A stretch of 64,000 bases of DNA from Gemmatimonas sp. (GTDB lineage: Bacteria > Gemmatimonadota > Gemmatimonadetes > Gemmatimonadales > Gemmatimonadaceae): assembly GCA_965279375.1 (NCBI GenBank), contig OZ257156.1:4448001-4512000 (forward strand), read 5' to 3'. The position numbers were made by a program, and so were the translations under genes. Shown in pieces: positions 1 to 9,965 of the stretch. Every line of letters starts with the position of its first letter. The first letter of the stretch is position 1. The notes under the pieces are model-generated. The model worked only from the letters and a program-made list of their open reading frames with translations. It did no database searches and was not told where the DNA came from.

Positions 1-420
1 GACTGTCACCACTTCATGCGCGCTGAAGAAGCCGATACGAATCAGGTCGAGGTGATACGTGCCCGGCGCCAGATCACGCAGTGCAAACTCGCCGCGATCG
101 TTGGTGGTGGCCACGCGGTTGGCACCGGCGACGACCACCTGCACGCTGCCCAACGGCGTCCCTGCGGTGTCGCGCACGACACCGAGTACCGCCGTCCCCT
201 CGATGCGCGTGGTCGCGGCGGCCGCACGCGGGAGCGCGTCGGCGCGCGCGGTCCAGGCACCCGACACCCCGAGGACGAGCGCGAGGAACGCGGCGCGGCG
301 ATATCCCGTGCGCGGTTGCGAAGCGAGGACGCGCGCGCGGGTGGTCAGCGCGGCGACAGGGATCGAGAGATATGCCAACAGTCGCCCGGTTCCATCCGGG
401 CGCGCTGCGAAGTGCGACAT
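1..420 (-). CDS. TonB-dependent receptor, N-terminal part (runs off the window edge)
   Basis: Hand translation from ATG at 420 gives a signal-like stretch, then VLGVVRDTAGTPLGSVQVVVAGANRVATTNDRGEFALRDLAPGTYHLDLIRIGF, a carboxypeptidase-regulatory-like domain typical of TBDT N-termini. Absent from the ORF track because there is no stop in the window. Confidence 0.75.
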   Translation of the reverse strand, partial: MSHFAARPDGTGRLLAYLSIPVAALTTRARVLASQPRTGYRRAAFLALVLGVSGAWTARADALPRAAAATTRIEGTAVLGVVRDTAGTPLGSVQVVVAGANRVATTNDRGEFALRDLAPGTYHLDLIRIGFFSAHEVVTV

Positions 421-503
421 GGGAAATGCTCCACACAAGATTCAGGCGTGCGCTTCATGCGCACGCGAAGGCGCGCATCGTCGTCGTGACGATGCGGAGT
501 GAC

Positions 504-851
504 TCAGCCTTGAATCGCCGGTGGAGCACGTTGCGACGCGCGTCGCGGAACGGCGGCGTCATGCGGAATGACGTGTGAGAGCGGTGCCGCGACCTGCGCC
601 ACACACGCGGGCACGACGCGCATGGCGTCTGTGGGCTGTGCGCTTGGCGTGGTCGCCACCGCGCACAGCGCGCAGTCGTCCTGATGCACCAGCACGCAGC
701 CGGCGTCCGTCTCCGATTCGATATGCGCGTACGGCGTCCGCTCGTCCATGCGCCACGCGTCCGCGATCGCCGCCACCTCGGGGGCGATCGCCTGGAACAG
801 CGCGAGCATGACCAGCAGACGTGTAAGCCGCGGAAACCGCGAGAAGCGCAT
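504..851 (-). CDS. DUF2946/CruR-like exported leader protein (CxxC and C-terminal RAPP)
   Basis: 115 aa with a signal-like N-terminus, HQDDCALC, and QRAPPAIQG at the C-terminus; lies directly upstream of the TBDT on the same strand. Confidence 0.75.
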   Translation of the reverse strand: MRFSRFPRLTRLLVMLALFQAIAPEVAAIADAWRMDERTPYAHIESETDAGCVLVHQDDCALCAVATTPSAQPTDAMRVVPACVAQVAAPLSHVIPHDAAVPRRASQRAPPAIQG

Positions 852-962
852 ACCGTGCGTTACGGAATAGGAGGATGGAACACCCTGTCACATATTACGC
901 TGAGAACTCTAACGCGCTGCGGAAGGGCGCGATCGTTGTCTTCTATACTCCCCACCCCGCCT

Positions 963-1604
963 ATGGATCGAGGTTCTCCACCGCGTACGGCGCTTCGCGC
1001 CGGGCTGCTTCTGCTCGGATTGGCGCTGGGTGCCAAGCCAGTCCACAGCCAGGCCGTGCCCGCGATCTGGCGCCCGTACGCGGAAGTCGGCGGTCTCATT
1101 GGCGGCACCTGGCTCAGCGGCCCGCGTTCGCCGACTGTGTCGACGGATCCCGGGTTCTCGCTCGGGATCGGAATTTCGCGCGGCATCACGCCCGACGTCT
1201 CCTCCGGCGTGTCGATGCGGGTCGCCTCGCAGGGGCTGTCGCTGTCCGAGGTGGGCACGACGTGGACCGGCGGCACGCTTACGGAAGCGAACGTGGTCGG
1301 TCAGCTCTCCCTTTCCTCGCGCCGACGCACGCGGCGGCGGCTCGCGCTCGATCTCGGCGGCGGGATCGCCGTGCTTTCCGGAGCGCACGACATTCTTCCC
1401 TTCCTCGACGCGTCGAACATCGCGCCGCTCGGCGAGATCGGACTCTCGCTGCACAACGGTAAGGCGGACGCCGACGCGTCGCGACGCGACATGGCGTTCT
1501 TTGTCCGCTACAGCACGCTTCGCCTTGACGCCAACGTCGTGAACGCCACGACCACCACCGGCTGGGTCCATCGCGTGACCGTCGGCCTCCGGGTGACCCG
1601 CTGA
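963..1604 (+). CDS. Hypothetical outer-membrane beta-barrel protein
   Basis: Signal peptide, amphipathic beta strands, C-terminal RVTVGLRVTR; start chosen at ATG 963. Confidence 0.6.
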   Translation: MDRGSPPRTALRAGLLLLGLALGAKPVHSQAVPAIWRPYAEVGGLIGGTWLSGPRSPTVSTDPGFSLGIGISRGITPDVSSGVSMRVASQGLSLSEVGTTWTGGTLTEANVVGQLSLSSRRRTRRRLALDLGGGIAVLSGAHDILPFLDASNIAPLGEIGLSLHNGKADADASRRDMAFFVRYSTLRLDANVVNATTTTGWVHRVTVGLRVTR

Positions 1605-2275
1605 TGCGTGCCTCTGCTTTGCTCCGCCCACTCGCAGTCGCAGCGCTCATGCTCGCCGCCGCCTGCGATGGCCCCACCACCGCCCGTCCTGTATTTGCGT
1701 ACGACCCGACCACGCTGACGAACGGCAAGGTCGTTCGCTGGACGAGTGGCCGTCGCATCTCCGTCTGGACGCAGGTCAGCAGCACCGAAACGACGGTGGA
1801 CCTGGCGCGTGCCGTGCGCACCGCGATCTCCTCGTGGAACGATCTCACGGATTTCGCCGAGTTCGAGCTGGTCGCCGCTGCCAGCATTGGCGAGGCGGAT
1901 ATCATCGTGTTCGACCGTGCGAGCGCACTGCCAGTCACGCCCGGCAGCTGCGCGTTTGATCCCCGAAATGCTGCGGGTTACACCTATTTCTGCGCGTCCA
2001 CCAGCACGCCGTCCACTGCACAACGGTTCGCACTGACGTCGGGCAGCGGAGGCCGTGCGTCGGTCGTGATTCGCGTGGACCGTACCACCGTCACGTCACA
2101 GGACGCCTACCAGTCCATCGTCTCGCATGAGTTCGGACACGCGCTGGGCATCAGCGGGCACAGCGACCAGGTGCGGGATCTGATGTTCTCCGCGCCGACG
2201 GTCCTTCTTCCCTCCGGACGCGATGCGCAGACCCTTCGATACCTACTTGGACTTCGCCCCGACTTGACGCTCTGA
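1604..2275 (+). CDS. Matrixin-like (metzincin) zinc metalloprotease, lipoprotein
   Basis: Lipobox LAAAC; HEFGHALGISGHS zinc motif followed by the Met-turn LM; TGATG overlap with the upstream gene. Confidence 0.85.
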   Translation: MRASALLRPLAVAALMLAAACDGPTTARPVFAYDPTTLTNGKVVRWTSGRRISVWTQVSSTETTVDLARAVRTAISSWNDLTDFAEFELVAAASIGEADIIVFDRASALPVTPGSCAFDPRNAAGYTYFCASTSTPSTAQRFALTSGSGGRASVVIRVDRTTVTSQDAYQSIVSHEFGHALGISGHSDQVRDLMFSAPTVLLPSGRDAQTLRYLLGLRPDLTL

Positions 2276-2487
2276 CCGTGACAATCGTCCGTGATGGGAA
2301 CGCTGGTTGAACCAGCGACCCTTCACGGGCATGTTTCCTTCAACCGGCCGGCATGGCGGTTCCCACCGCAGCATTCCTCCCCGGCGAAGGTGACGTTCGC
2401 GTCGCCTTTGGTGGGTGACTATTTCGATCACCGGACGGCGCGCGTAGCTGTCGCGCCGATTCAATCACATACAAGGGAGTCGCGAGC

Positions 2488-4122
2488 ATGGCGACACAGG
2501 TTACGCCGTCCACCAACGTCCCTCGCGAGAGCGCACTTGGTTTGGCGCCACAGGGACTGCAGCCGACCGGCCGAGTCCACTGGAATTTCGTGGCGCCGGA
2601 ACTGGTCGAGGCGTCGATCCGCCGCGGCGAAGGACAGCTGGCCAACATGGGCCCCTTCGTCGCCGTCACCTCGCCGCACACCGGACGCTCGCCCAACGAC
2701 AAGTTCGTCGTGCGCGATACGAACACCGAAGCGGACGTGGACTGGGGGAAGGTCAACCAGCCCCTCGATGCGGCGCACTACGCCACACTCAAGGCGGACG
2801 TGCAGGCGTATCTGAATGGACTCGATGAGCTCTTCGTGCAGGACCTCTACTGCGGCGCCGACCCGGCGTCGCGCCTGAGCGTTCGCTACATCCTGCCGAA
2901 TGCGTGGCACGCGAACTTCGTGCGAAACATGTTCATCCGCCCGGAGATCGAAGAGTTGGCGGCGTTCGCGCCGAATTTCACGGTCTACCACGCGCCCGAG
3001 TACAAGGCTGATCCGGCCCGCCACGGCACGCGCACGGGCACGTTCATCGTGCTCAACCTGACGGAGCGCGTCATCCTGATCGGCGGCACGCGCTACGCTG
3101 GTGAACTCAAGAAGTCGATGTTCACCGTCATGAACTACCTGCTCCCCAAGCACAACGTGCTCTCGATGCACTGCTCGGCCAACATCGGGCCGAAGGGTGA
3201 CACGGCGCTGTTCTTCGGGTTGTCCGGCACGGGCAAGACGACGCTTTCGGCGGACCCCGAGCGTGGACTCATCGGCGACGACGAGCATGGCTGGTCTTCA
3301 GACGGCACGTTCAACTTCGAAGGCGGCTGCTACGCGAAGGTGATCAACCTCTCCGCGGAGAACGAGCCGGACATCTACCAGACCACGCAGATGTTTGGCA
3401 CGGTGCTCGAGAACGTCGTGCTCAACGAGCCGTCGCGCACGGTGGACTTCGCCAATCAGTCCATCACCGAGAACACGCGCGCGTCGTACCCGCTGCACTA
3501 CATCAAGAACCACGTGCCGAGTGGCCGCGGTGGTCACCCCAAGAACGTCATCTTCCTCACGGCCGATGCGTTCGGTGTGTTGCCGCCGATCGCCAAGCTG
3601 ACGCCCGAACAGGCGATGTTCTACTTCCTCTCGGGATACACGGCCAAGGTGGCTGGCACGGAGACCGGCGTGAACGAGCCGCAGGCGACGTTCTCCGCCT
3701 GCTTTGGCGCGGTGTTCCTCGTGTGGCATCCCACCAAGTACGCGCACATGCTGGGCGATCTGCTCAAGCAGCACAACGCGCAGGTGTGGCTGGTCAACAC
3801 GGGTTGGACGGGTGGCGCGTACGGCGTGGGCAAGCGCATGAAGCTGTCGTACACGCGTGCCATGGTGCGTGCGGCGCTCAACGGCACGCTGGCCAAGACG
3901 GCCACCAAGACGGATCCGATCTTCGGCCTGAGCATCCCCACGGCCGTGCCCGACGTGCCGAGCGAAGTGCTCGAACCGCGCGATTGCTGGGCGGACGGCG
4001 CGGCGTATGACGCGCAGGCGCACAAGCTGGCCGAGATGTTTCGCGAGAACATCAAGAAGTTTGGTGACGCCGTGTCGCCGGCCGTGCTGCTGGCGGGTCC
4101 ACACGCCTGGATTCACGGTTGA
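2488..4122 (+). CDS. pckA: Phosphoenolpyruvate carboxykinase (ATP)
   Basis: TGRSPNDKF, YAGELKKS, GLSGTGKTTLS, IGDDEHGW, NFEGGCYAK and ENTRASYP motifs. Confidence 0.98.
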   Translation: MATQVTPSTNVPRESALGLAPQGLQPTGRVHWNFVAPELVEASIRRGEGQLANMGPFVAVTSPHTGRSPNDKFVVRDTNTEADVDWGKVNQPLDAAHYATLKADVQAYLNGLDELFVQDLYCGADPASRLSVRYILPNAWHANFVRNMFIRPEIEELAAFAPNFTVYHAPEYKADPARHGTRTGTFIVLNLTERVILIGGTRYAGELKKSMFTVMNYLLPKHNVLSMHCSANIGPKGDTALFFGLSGTGKTTLSADPERGLIGDDEHGWSSDGTFNFEGGCYAKVINLSAENEPDIYQTTQMFGTVLENVVLNEPSRTVDFANQSITENTRASYPLHYIKNHVPSGRGGHPKNVIFLTADAFGVLPPIAKLTPEQAMFYFLSGYTAKVAGTETGVNEPQATFSACFGAVFLVWHPTKYAHMLGDLLKQHNAQVWLVNTGWTGGAYGVGKRMKLSYTRAMVRAALNGTLAKTATKTDPIFGLSIPTAVPDVPSEVLEPRDCWADGAAYDAQAHKLAEMFRENIKKFGDAVSPAVLLAGPHAWIHG

Positions 4123-4176
4123 TTCGCGACTGATCTCGCGACATCGCATACTCGCTGCGCACCGTGCGCGGCGAGA

Positions 4177-4216
4177 CAAAACGGGGGCACCGCGTTGCGG
4201 TGCCCCCGTTCGTTTG
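4177..4216. terminator. Likely bidirectional intrinsic terminator
   Basis: aaaACGGGGGCACCGC-gtt-GCGGTGCCCCCGTtcgttt between convergent genes. Confidence 0.8.
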
Positions 4217-4241
4217 TGATACGGTGTTTCGAACTCCGCGA

Positions 4242-5891
4242 TCAGTTGCTCGCGGTGCGACGCACCTTCTCGATGAAGATGCTGCGTCCTTCGCGCGCGC
4301 TCAGGTAGACCACGCCGCCGGGGCCAAATCCGACGATCTGGCGATTCTGCGGCAGCTTGATGCGCTCCACCAACTGCCCCTTGCGATTGACCACGTCGTA
4401 GACGAACTGGAACGTCGGCATGGGAGGGAGCGGTGCCGCAGCAGAAGGCGCCGCTCCTGCCGCAGGGGCGCCTGTCGCGCCCGGAGCGCCTGGCGCACCA
4501 CCACGACCGCCACCCGGCGGTCCGCCCGCACCAGGGAAGCCGCCGCGACCACCGAAGCCACCTGCTGCCTGCTGCGCCAGCTGTGCCGCGACAGACGACG
4601 TGGCCGGAAGGATCCAGAGGTTGCCGTCATGGTCGGCCAGCGTGGTGCCGGCACGGATCGGCGGTACGTAGTCGGGGAGCTTGTCCGCGCTCACCGGCTC
4701 AAAGGTCGCACGGAATCCACGACCGCCGCCCTGCGCCGACTGGGCGTTCATGCGATCGGTCGCTTCCTTGGCCACGACCTTGAGCGAGTCCACGAGCTTG
4801 ATCTTCTCTTCGTCGGTGATGCGCTTCCAATCAAACGGGAGCTTCTCGCTCGCGGCGTGCGTGCCATCCGGAGCGAAGTAGTCCACGTGGTAGTCGAGCA
4901 CGCGCACAATGGCGAGCGTGCCGTCGGAGAGCAGCGCCCAATCGTCGCCCTGCGGCAGAGGGTTGATCTTGGCGGTCATGCGCATGCCGCCGTCATCGCC
5001 CTGCGTCATCGTGAAGTCGGACTTGGGCACCTTCATCCACGCGAGCGTGTCCGCCTTGCGCGTGTCGAAGTTGGCGCGGATGAGCGGTACGGAATCCGGC
5101 TGCGCCTGAGGGTTCGGGTTGCGATTGCCGCCCTGCTGCCCGCCCTGCTGACCACCCGTGTTCGGCGCGCCACCACCGAAGCCGCCGCCACCGAAACCGC
5201 CGCCGCCGAAGCCGCCACCGCCCGGCGCGCCACCACGACCACCGCCGCCCGGGGCGCCACCGCCACCGCCGCGCGGCGGGCCACCGGCACCGAAGAACGC
5301 GCCGCCACCGCCGCCGCCGGCGTTGCCGCCGCGATAGATCAGGCGACCCTGCGCATCAAAGGCGTTGGATCCGAGGTTGGCGCTGGCGAGCTGATTGATG
5401 TCGGAGATGCGCGGCGGTGCCATGACGCGCACCACCTGCCCCGCCGGGTTCAACACGACGAACGACAGCGTCGAAGGATCGACGATGATCGTGGAATCGC
5501 CGAGGTACGGCAGCAGTCCCGACGGCCGTTGGCCGTACGGGAGCGGCGCACCGGCCGTGTCCGCGATGACCGTGACCTGCTTGAGCGACGCATCGAAACG
5601 CAGCAGCTGACGGCGCTGCGCATCGTTGACGAAGAAGCCGCCATCGGGCAGCGCGCGCAGCATCGAGACGGCCGTCAAGGACTGCGTGGAACGCGCCTCG
5701 ACCGGGCCGAGCGAGCGAACAGGAATCTGCGGCTCCTGGGCGCCCGCGCCCTGCGCGAGGAGCGCGCAGGATGCGAGGCCGAGCAGCGACGAAGTCGAAG
5801 CCAAACGAACGTTCATGGATGACCTGCTTGAACGGGATCGAAGGAAGTGCATTGAGCTGTGCATGGGCCTGTGCATGTCATCGCGGCGCAT
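4242..5891 (-). CDS. Secreted Gly-rich protein, probable beta-propeller
   Basis: Signal peptide ending near AGAQ; beta-rich segments interrupted by two long Gly/Arg/Pro/Phe inserts; TGATG coupling at 5891 (start could be 5816). Confidence 0.7.
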   Translation of the reverse strand: MRRDDMHRPMHSSMHFLRSRSSRSSMNVRLASTSSLLGLASCALLAQGAGAQEPQIPVRSLGPVEARSTQSLTAVSMLRALPDGGFFVNDAQRRQLLRFDASLKQVTVIADTAGAPLPYGQRPSGLLPYLGDSTIIVDPSTLSFVVLNPAGQVVRVMAPPRISDINQLASANLGSNAFDAQGRLIYRGGNAGGGGGGAFFGAGGPPRGGGGGAPGGGGRGGAPGGGGFGGGGFGGGGFGGGAPNTGGQQGGQQGGNRNPNPQAQPDSVPLIRANFDTRKADTLAWMKVPKSDFTMTQGDDGGMRMTAKINPLPQGDDWALLSDGTLAIVRVLDYHVDYFAPDGTHAASEKLPFDWKRITDEEKIKLVDSLKVVAKEATDRMNAQSAQGGGRGFRATFEPVSADKLPDYVPPIRAGTTLADHDGNLWILPATSSVAAQLAQQAAGGFGGRGGFPGAGGPPGGGRGGAPGAPGATGAPAAGAAPSAAAPLPPMPTFQFVYDVVNRKGQLVERIKLPQNRQIVGFGPGGVVYLSAREGRSIFIEKVRRTASN

Positions 5892-8800
5892 CAGCGACCT
5901 CCACGGCCGCCACCACCACCACCGCCACCACCACCACCGCCGCCGCCAAATCCACCGCCACCACCACCGCCGCCGCCAGCCGTACCCGAGCGAATGCCCT
6001 TGAGCGTACGCTTGTCGAGGAAGCCTGCAACCTGCGTCGGCAGAATGCGGTACTGCGCCGGCGTCAGAAGCTTCTTGAGGTCGGGGGCAAAGTTGATGAG
6101 CATGTCCACCGTCTGCTCACGTGCGTCGATGTAGCGGTCGTACGCGAGATCATGGCTGTAGCGTTCCGGCAGATCGGCGAGGAGCTTGGCCACCGGCGCC
6201 CAGATCGAGTCGGACTTGAGCACGTACTTGCGGTTGAGCACGGCGAGGCTGTCGGCCTGACGACGCGTGAGCTTGAGCGTATCCGCCTGCTGCATGATCT
6301 GCTGCATCGGATTGATCAGGCCGATGTTGCCAGCGCCACGCAGCGCCTGAAGCGTCGGCTTGGTACCCGGGCGCGTGCGTCCACGATCCAACTGCTGAAT
6401 CAGCTGCTGACGTTCACGCGTCGGTCCGATGTCGAAGCGCACCAATGCCGTGATGGAGACCGGCGAGCGAATCGCGTTCTGCGCAGGACGCGTGGAGCCG
6501 AAGCGCTGGTTGACTTCGTAGCGGAACTTGTTGGTCGTCGGATCGAAGCCGCGCACGAACAGCAGCTGCTGCGGCGGCGAGATGAACTGGCCCCAGCCCT
6601 TGAGGTTCTGGCCGTTGACGATGCGGTCGAGACCGCCCAACGCGTTCGCGACCTGGAGCGTGAGGTTGGCGCGCTGCGGCAAGCCAATGTTGAGCGAGTT
6701 GAACGAGATGTTCAGGTTGCCGCTCATCGTCCACGGACCCGTGCAGGAATTGCGCGTGGCCAGCTGGCCGAGCTGCGAGCGCAGGCAGTCCTGAGTCTCG
6801 CGCGTGCCCGACGTCAACAGGTTCTGCATGCCGGCGGCGACGAGCGGATCCGTCGTCTTGGCCGGATCGAAGACAAACGCGCGATCGTTGCCGTAGCTGT
6901 CGCCGTTCACGTCGCCGGAGATCAGCGGCGTGTAAGCCGTGCCGGAGCGGATGTTGCCGTTCCAGCTCACGCGCACCGTGTTGAAGAAGTTGTAGCCCAA
7001 GCTGTACTGCAGCTGATGACGTGAGAACGAGCTACGCGACCACTCGAGGCTGCGCGGATCGGACACGGTGCTATTGAAGCCCGTGTACTGCTCGCGAACA
7101 TCGGCGAGCACGTACGAGAGGCTCCACGACAGCTGCGAGTTGAACGCGATCGGGCGCAGGCTGAACGTCAGCTGCTTGCTTTCAGAAGAGATGTCCGATC
7201 GGTTCTGCGTGACACGGCCGAAGGCCGACACCACACGGGAATCACGCCACGCGATCTGACCCGTCGTGGATACGATGGCCGACGGCGCCACGTACACCGG
7301 ACGATTGCCTTCGTCCGCGAGGTTGAAGCGCAACGTGCCCGGGAAGTTCAAGTCGATGTTCGAGCTCTGGTGCTGGTTGCGCGACCAGGTCGCGTCCACC
7401 GTCGCCGAGAAGCGGTTCTTGAGGATCGCGCCGCTCCACTGGAGGTTGGAGCGCAACGAACGCTGCGCCGCATAGTCGGGGCTGAAGAGCGTGACGTTGG
7501 GCGTGCTGTTGGCGAACACCGTGCCGCTGGTGCCGTCTGCGCACGTGCCGGGGATCGACGACTGGTTGACGATGTACTGACTCCAGTTGGCCACCGGCGC
7601 GGCGGTTCCCACGCATGTCAACTGCTGCACGCCACTCGGCAGGCCCGTGTTGTCGATCGCACCGCCGATGAGTTGCGTGCCCGGCGTGTTCTGGAAGACA
7701 CCGACACCGCCACGAATGACGGCGCGCGGCGCGCGCACCATGCCCGGCAACAGCGCGACCTGATCAGCCTGACCATACGTCCACGAGAAACCGAGGCGCG
7801 GGCTCAGGTACGCCCGGCTGGGCACATCCGTGTTGTTCTGCTTGAACGCGGCGTCCACCGCCGAATTGGCGACGGGGCCATTCAAGTACTTGTTCCCATC
7901 GAGACGCAGGCCGTACTGCACCTGCAGGTCGCTCGTCGGGCGCCACGCATCGCCCAGCGACACGGCGCCGACCAGCTGGCTGCCATCGCGCACACGTGGC
8001 GTGAGCTGCCGCGTGTACGACGCCGGCACACCCGACTCGAGCTCGGTGAGCGAGTTGTACGTGAACGTGCCGAACTGGTTGTTCGTCAGATCCTGCGAGT
8101 AGGCATCACGACGCAGCTCCGTCGTGAACTTCACGCGATGGCGATTGTCCTTGGAGAACCAGGACAGCGTGTTGGCGCCGCTGACGGTGCTGTTGGACGA
8201 GTTGGTGAGGAACGGACTGCCACCGAACGAGAGCGAGCTGACGGACTGCGACCCATCGGCGAGCACGGAGTTCACGCGCACCGAACCGGCGGGCAGAAGA
8301 TAGAATGGATCGGAGTTCTGCGAACCGACGTTGTAGCCGACGTTGGTTTCGGTGAAGACCCCACCGATGCCGAGCAGACCGCTATGACGGAGCTGACCAC
8401 CGATGCTGTAGTTGAGCGTCGTGCCGGAACGCGACGGCGTCGCGAGCGACGCGCCACCACCGCCGAAACCACCACCCGTGAAGCCGCCGCCCGTGGGCGA
8501 GTTGCGGTTGACGTTGCCCGTCAACGTCATCGTGAACGTGTTGCCGCGCGACGAGTTGGGCTGCACGAAATCGAAGCTGCCGAGGAACGAGCCGCGATCG
8601 TTCGCGCGCTGCGACGGGAAGCCATCGACGTTGAACGGGACCTTCTGTGTCCCAAGAATGCTGAGCAGTCGTGCCACCGAGTCCGGCGCGATGCCAACCG
8701 TCGTGAATCCGAGGTCGCTCGAGTTGAGCAACGTCTGCAGATCGTTCAGTCGGCGATCGTACTGAAAGGACGTGTTGTAGAACGCCTGGTCAGGCTTGAT

Positions 8801-9712
8801 CGGGCCCGACGCTGATCCACCAAGCGACATCGCGGTGAACTGCTGGCCCGTCGCGATACCGGCCTTGTCCACCCACTGCAGCTGCGGCGCGTTGAGGTTG
8901 GAGCTCAACGAACGGTTCATGAAGTTCGAGCCGGATCGCGTGCGCACCTGCAGCTGGCCGCCGGAGAAGCCGCCGCGCGAGACATCGTACGGCGATGTGC
9001 TGAGCGAGGTGGTCACGGCGGCATCACGCGGCACGGAGGCATCGCCGAACTGCAGGCCGTTGAGCTGCGTGTTGTTCTGATCGCCGCCGAGTCCGAACAC
9101 CGAGAAGGCATCTGCGGCGCCATCCGCGCCGGGCAGCAGTTGCACACCCGGAATCGAGGCGGCCATCGCGGCGAGATCGCCCATCTGATCGGCCGTGAGG
9201 AAGCCCGGATCCGCGGCGACACTCTTTTCGTTGCCGCTCACGTCCGACACCGTGTCGGTTCGCGACACCGCGGCGCGTTCAGTGATCTGGAAGCTCTCGA
9301 GCGTGACGGCCGAGGGCGAGAGTCGCGCGTCGGCGATCAGGATTTCCTGATCAGCCGTGCGCTTGACCTGATAGCGCCGCAGCGAGAAGCCGACCGAGGC
9401 AAACGTCACCCAGTAGTCGCCTTCGCCACCGGGGAATGAGATCGTGTAGCGCCCGTTCTTGTCGGTGCGCACCGTACGACTCACGTTGCCCGAAAGCGTC
9501 GTGGCCGTGACGATCACGTTCTGAATAGGAAGCGTGTCTGGCCCCATCACCCGACCACGGATGATGTCGACTGCCTGGGCGGACAACGGAGCGCTGCCGA
9601 CTGACAACAGCAACGCGGCGACCGCGGAGAGGATGCGAAGAATTTTCACGAATGTTTTGGACGATGTCACAACCAGCTCGTTAGGGCGCCGCTTCTCTTC
9701 GCCAGGCATCAA
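5891..9712 (-). CDS. TonB-dependent receptor-like outer-membrane protein with C-terminal extension and poly-Gly tail
   Basis: 1273 aa; signal peptide, carboxypeptidase-regulatory-like domain (IRGRVMG...TDKNGRYTI), plug-like region (YDVSRGGFSGG), barrel strands (LQVQYGLRLD, SPRLGFSW). Confidence 0.85.
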   Translation of the reverse strand: MMPGEEKRRPNELVVTSSKTFVKILRILSAVAALLLSVGSAPLSAQAVDIIRGRVMGPDTLPIQNVIVTATTLSGNVSRTVRTDKNGRYTISFPGGEGDYWVTFASVGFSLRRYQVKRTADQEILIADARLSPSAVTLESFQITERAAVSRTDTVSDVSGNEKSVAADPGFLTADQMGDLAAMAASIPGVQLLPGADGAADAFSVFGLGGDQNNTQLNGLQFGDASVPRDAAVTTSLSTSPYDVSRGGFSGGQLQVRTRSGSNFMNRSLSSNLNAPQLQWVDKAGIATGQQFTAMSLGGSASGPIKPDQAFYNTSFQYDRRLNDLQTLLNSSDLGFTTVGIAPDSVARLLSILGTQKVPFNVDGFPSQRANDRGSFLGSFDFVQPNSSRGNTFTMTLTGNVNRNSPTGGGFTGGGFGGGGASLATPSRSGTTLNYSIGGQLRHSGLLGIGGVFTETNVGYNVGSQNSDPFYLLPAGSVRVNSVLADGSQSVSSLSFGGSPFLTNSSNSTVSGANTLSWFSKDNRHRVKFTTELRRDAYSQDLTNNQFGTFTYNSLTELESGVPASYTRQLTPRVRDGSQLVGAVSLGDAWRPTSDLQVQYGLRLDGNKYLNGPVANSAVDAAFKQNNTDVPSRAYLSPRLGFSWTYGQADQVALLPGMVRAPRAVIRGGVGVFQNTPGTQLIGGAIDNTGLPSGVQQLTCVGTAAPVANWSQYIVNQSSIPGTCADGTSGTVFANSTPNVTLFSPDYAAQRSLRSNLQWSGAILKNRFSATVDATWSRNQHQSSNIDLNFPGTLRFNLADEGNRPVYVAPSAIVSTTGQIAWRDSRVVSAFGRVTQNRSDISSESKQLTFSLRPIAFNSQLSWSLSYVLADVREQYTGFNSTVSDPRSLEWSRSSFSRHQLQYSLGYNFFNTVRVSWNGNIRSGTAYTPLISGDVNGDSYGNDRAFVFDPAKTTDPLVAAGMQNLLTSGTRETQDCLRSQLGQLATRNSCTGPWTMSGNLNISFNSLNIGLPQRANLTLQVANALGGLDRIVNGQNLKGWGQFISPPQQLLFVRGFDPTTNKFRYEVNQRFGSTRPAQNAIRSPVSITALVRFDIGPTRERQQLIQQLDRGRTRPGTKPTLQALRGAGNIGLINPMQQIMQQADTLKLTRRQADSLAVLNRKYVLKSDSIWAPVAKLLADLPERYSHDLAYDRYIDAREQTVDMLINFAPDLKKLLTPAQYRILPTQVAGFLDKRTLKGIRSGTAGGGGGGGGGFGGGGGGGGGGGGGGRGGR

Positions 9713-9850
9713 TTGCCATGCGAATCGGCATCGTATTCAGACAACGCACATGCCCCGGAAATCGCTGAGAACAAGTGAGTTAGCTCGTTTTCGGGAGAGC
9801 TCACCCCGAACGAAGTCCACGGCGCGCCCGAAGAGTTCCCATCAACGGCA

Positions 9851-9877
9851 CAACGGCGGCACGAACGCCGAGTTACA
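9851..9877 (-). promoter_or_regulatory. Candidate ECF-sigma promoter for the receptor operon
   Basis: TGTAAC-N16-CGTTG on the minus strand, about 140 nt upstream of the gene. Confidence 0.4.
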
Positions 9878-9965
9878 GCCGATTCAGCGCCGTCGGGCGG
9901 TGGCGAGATCCCGGCGGCAATGGTAAGACGCTGCCGACGGTCCGCAGCGTTGCTATCTTGGCCGC

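Noticed and set aside
5160..5330. (GGC/GGT)n repeats as a CRISPR array or repeat element
   Set aside because: These are coding low-complexity Gly tracts with no repeat-spacer structure.
5859..6134. Poly-Pro and poly-His/Arg ORFs on the + strand
   Set aside because: Reverse-complement shadows of the poly-Gly tail codons of the receptor gene.
4164..8815. Long + strand ORFs (552, 417 and 481 aa) and similar antisense ORFs throughout the window
   Set aside because: Stop-poor shadow frames typical of high-GC DNA; no recognisable motifs, and they lie opposite well-supported genes.
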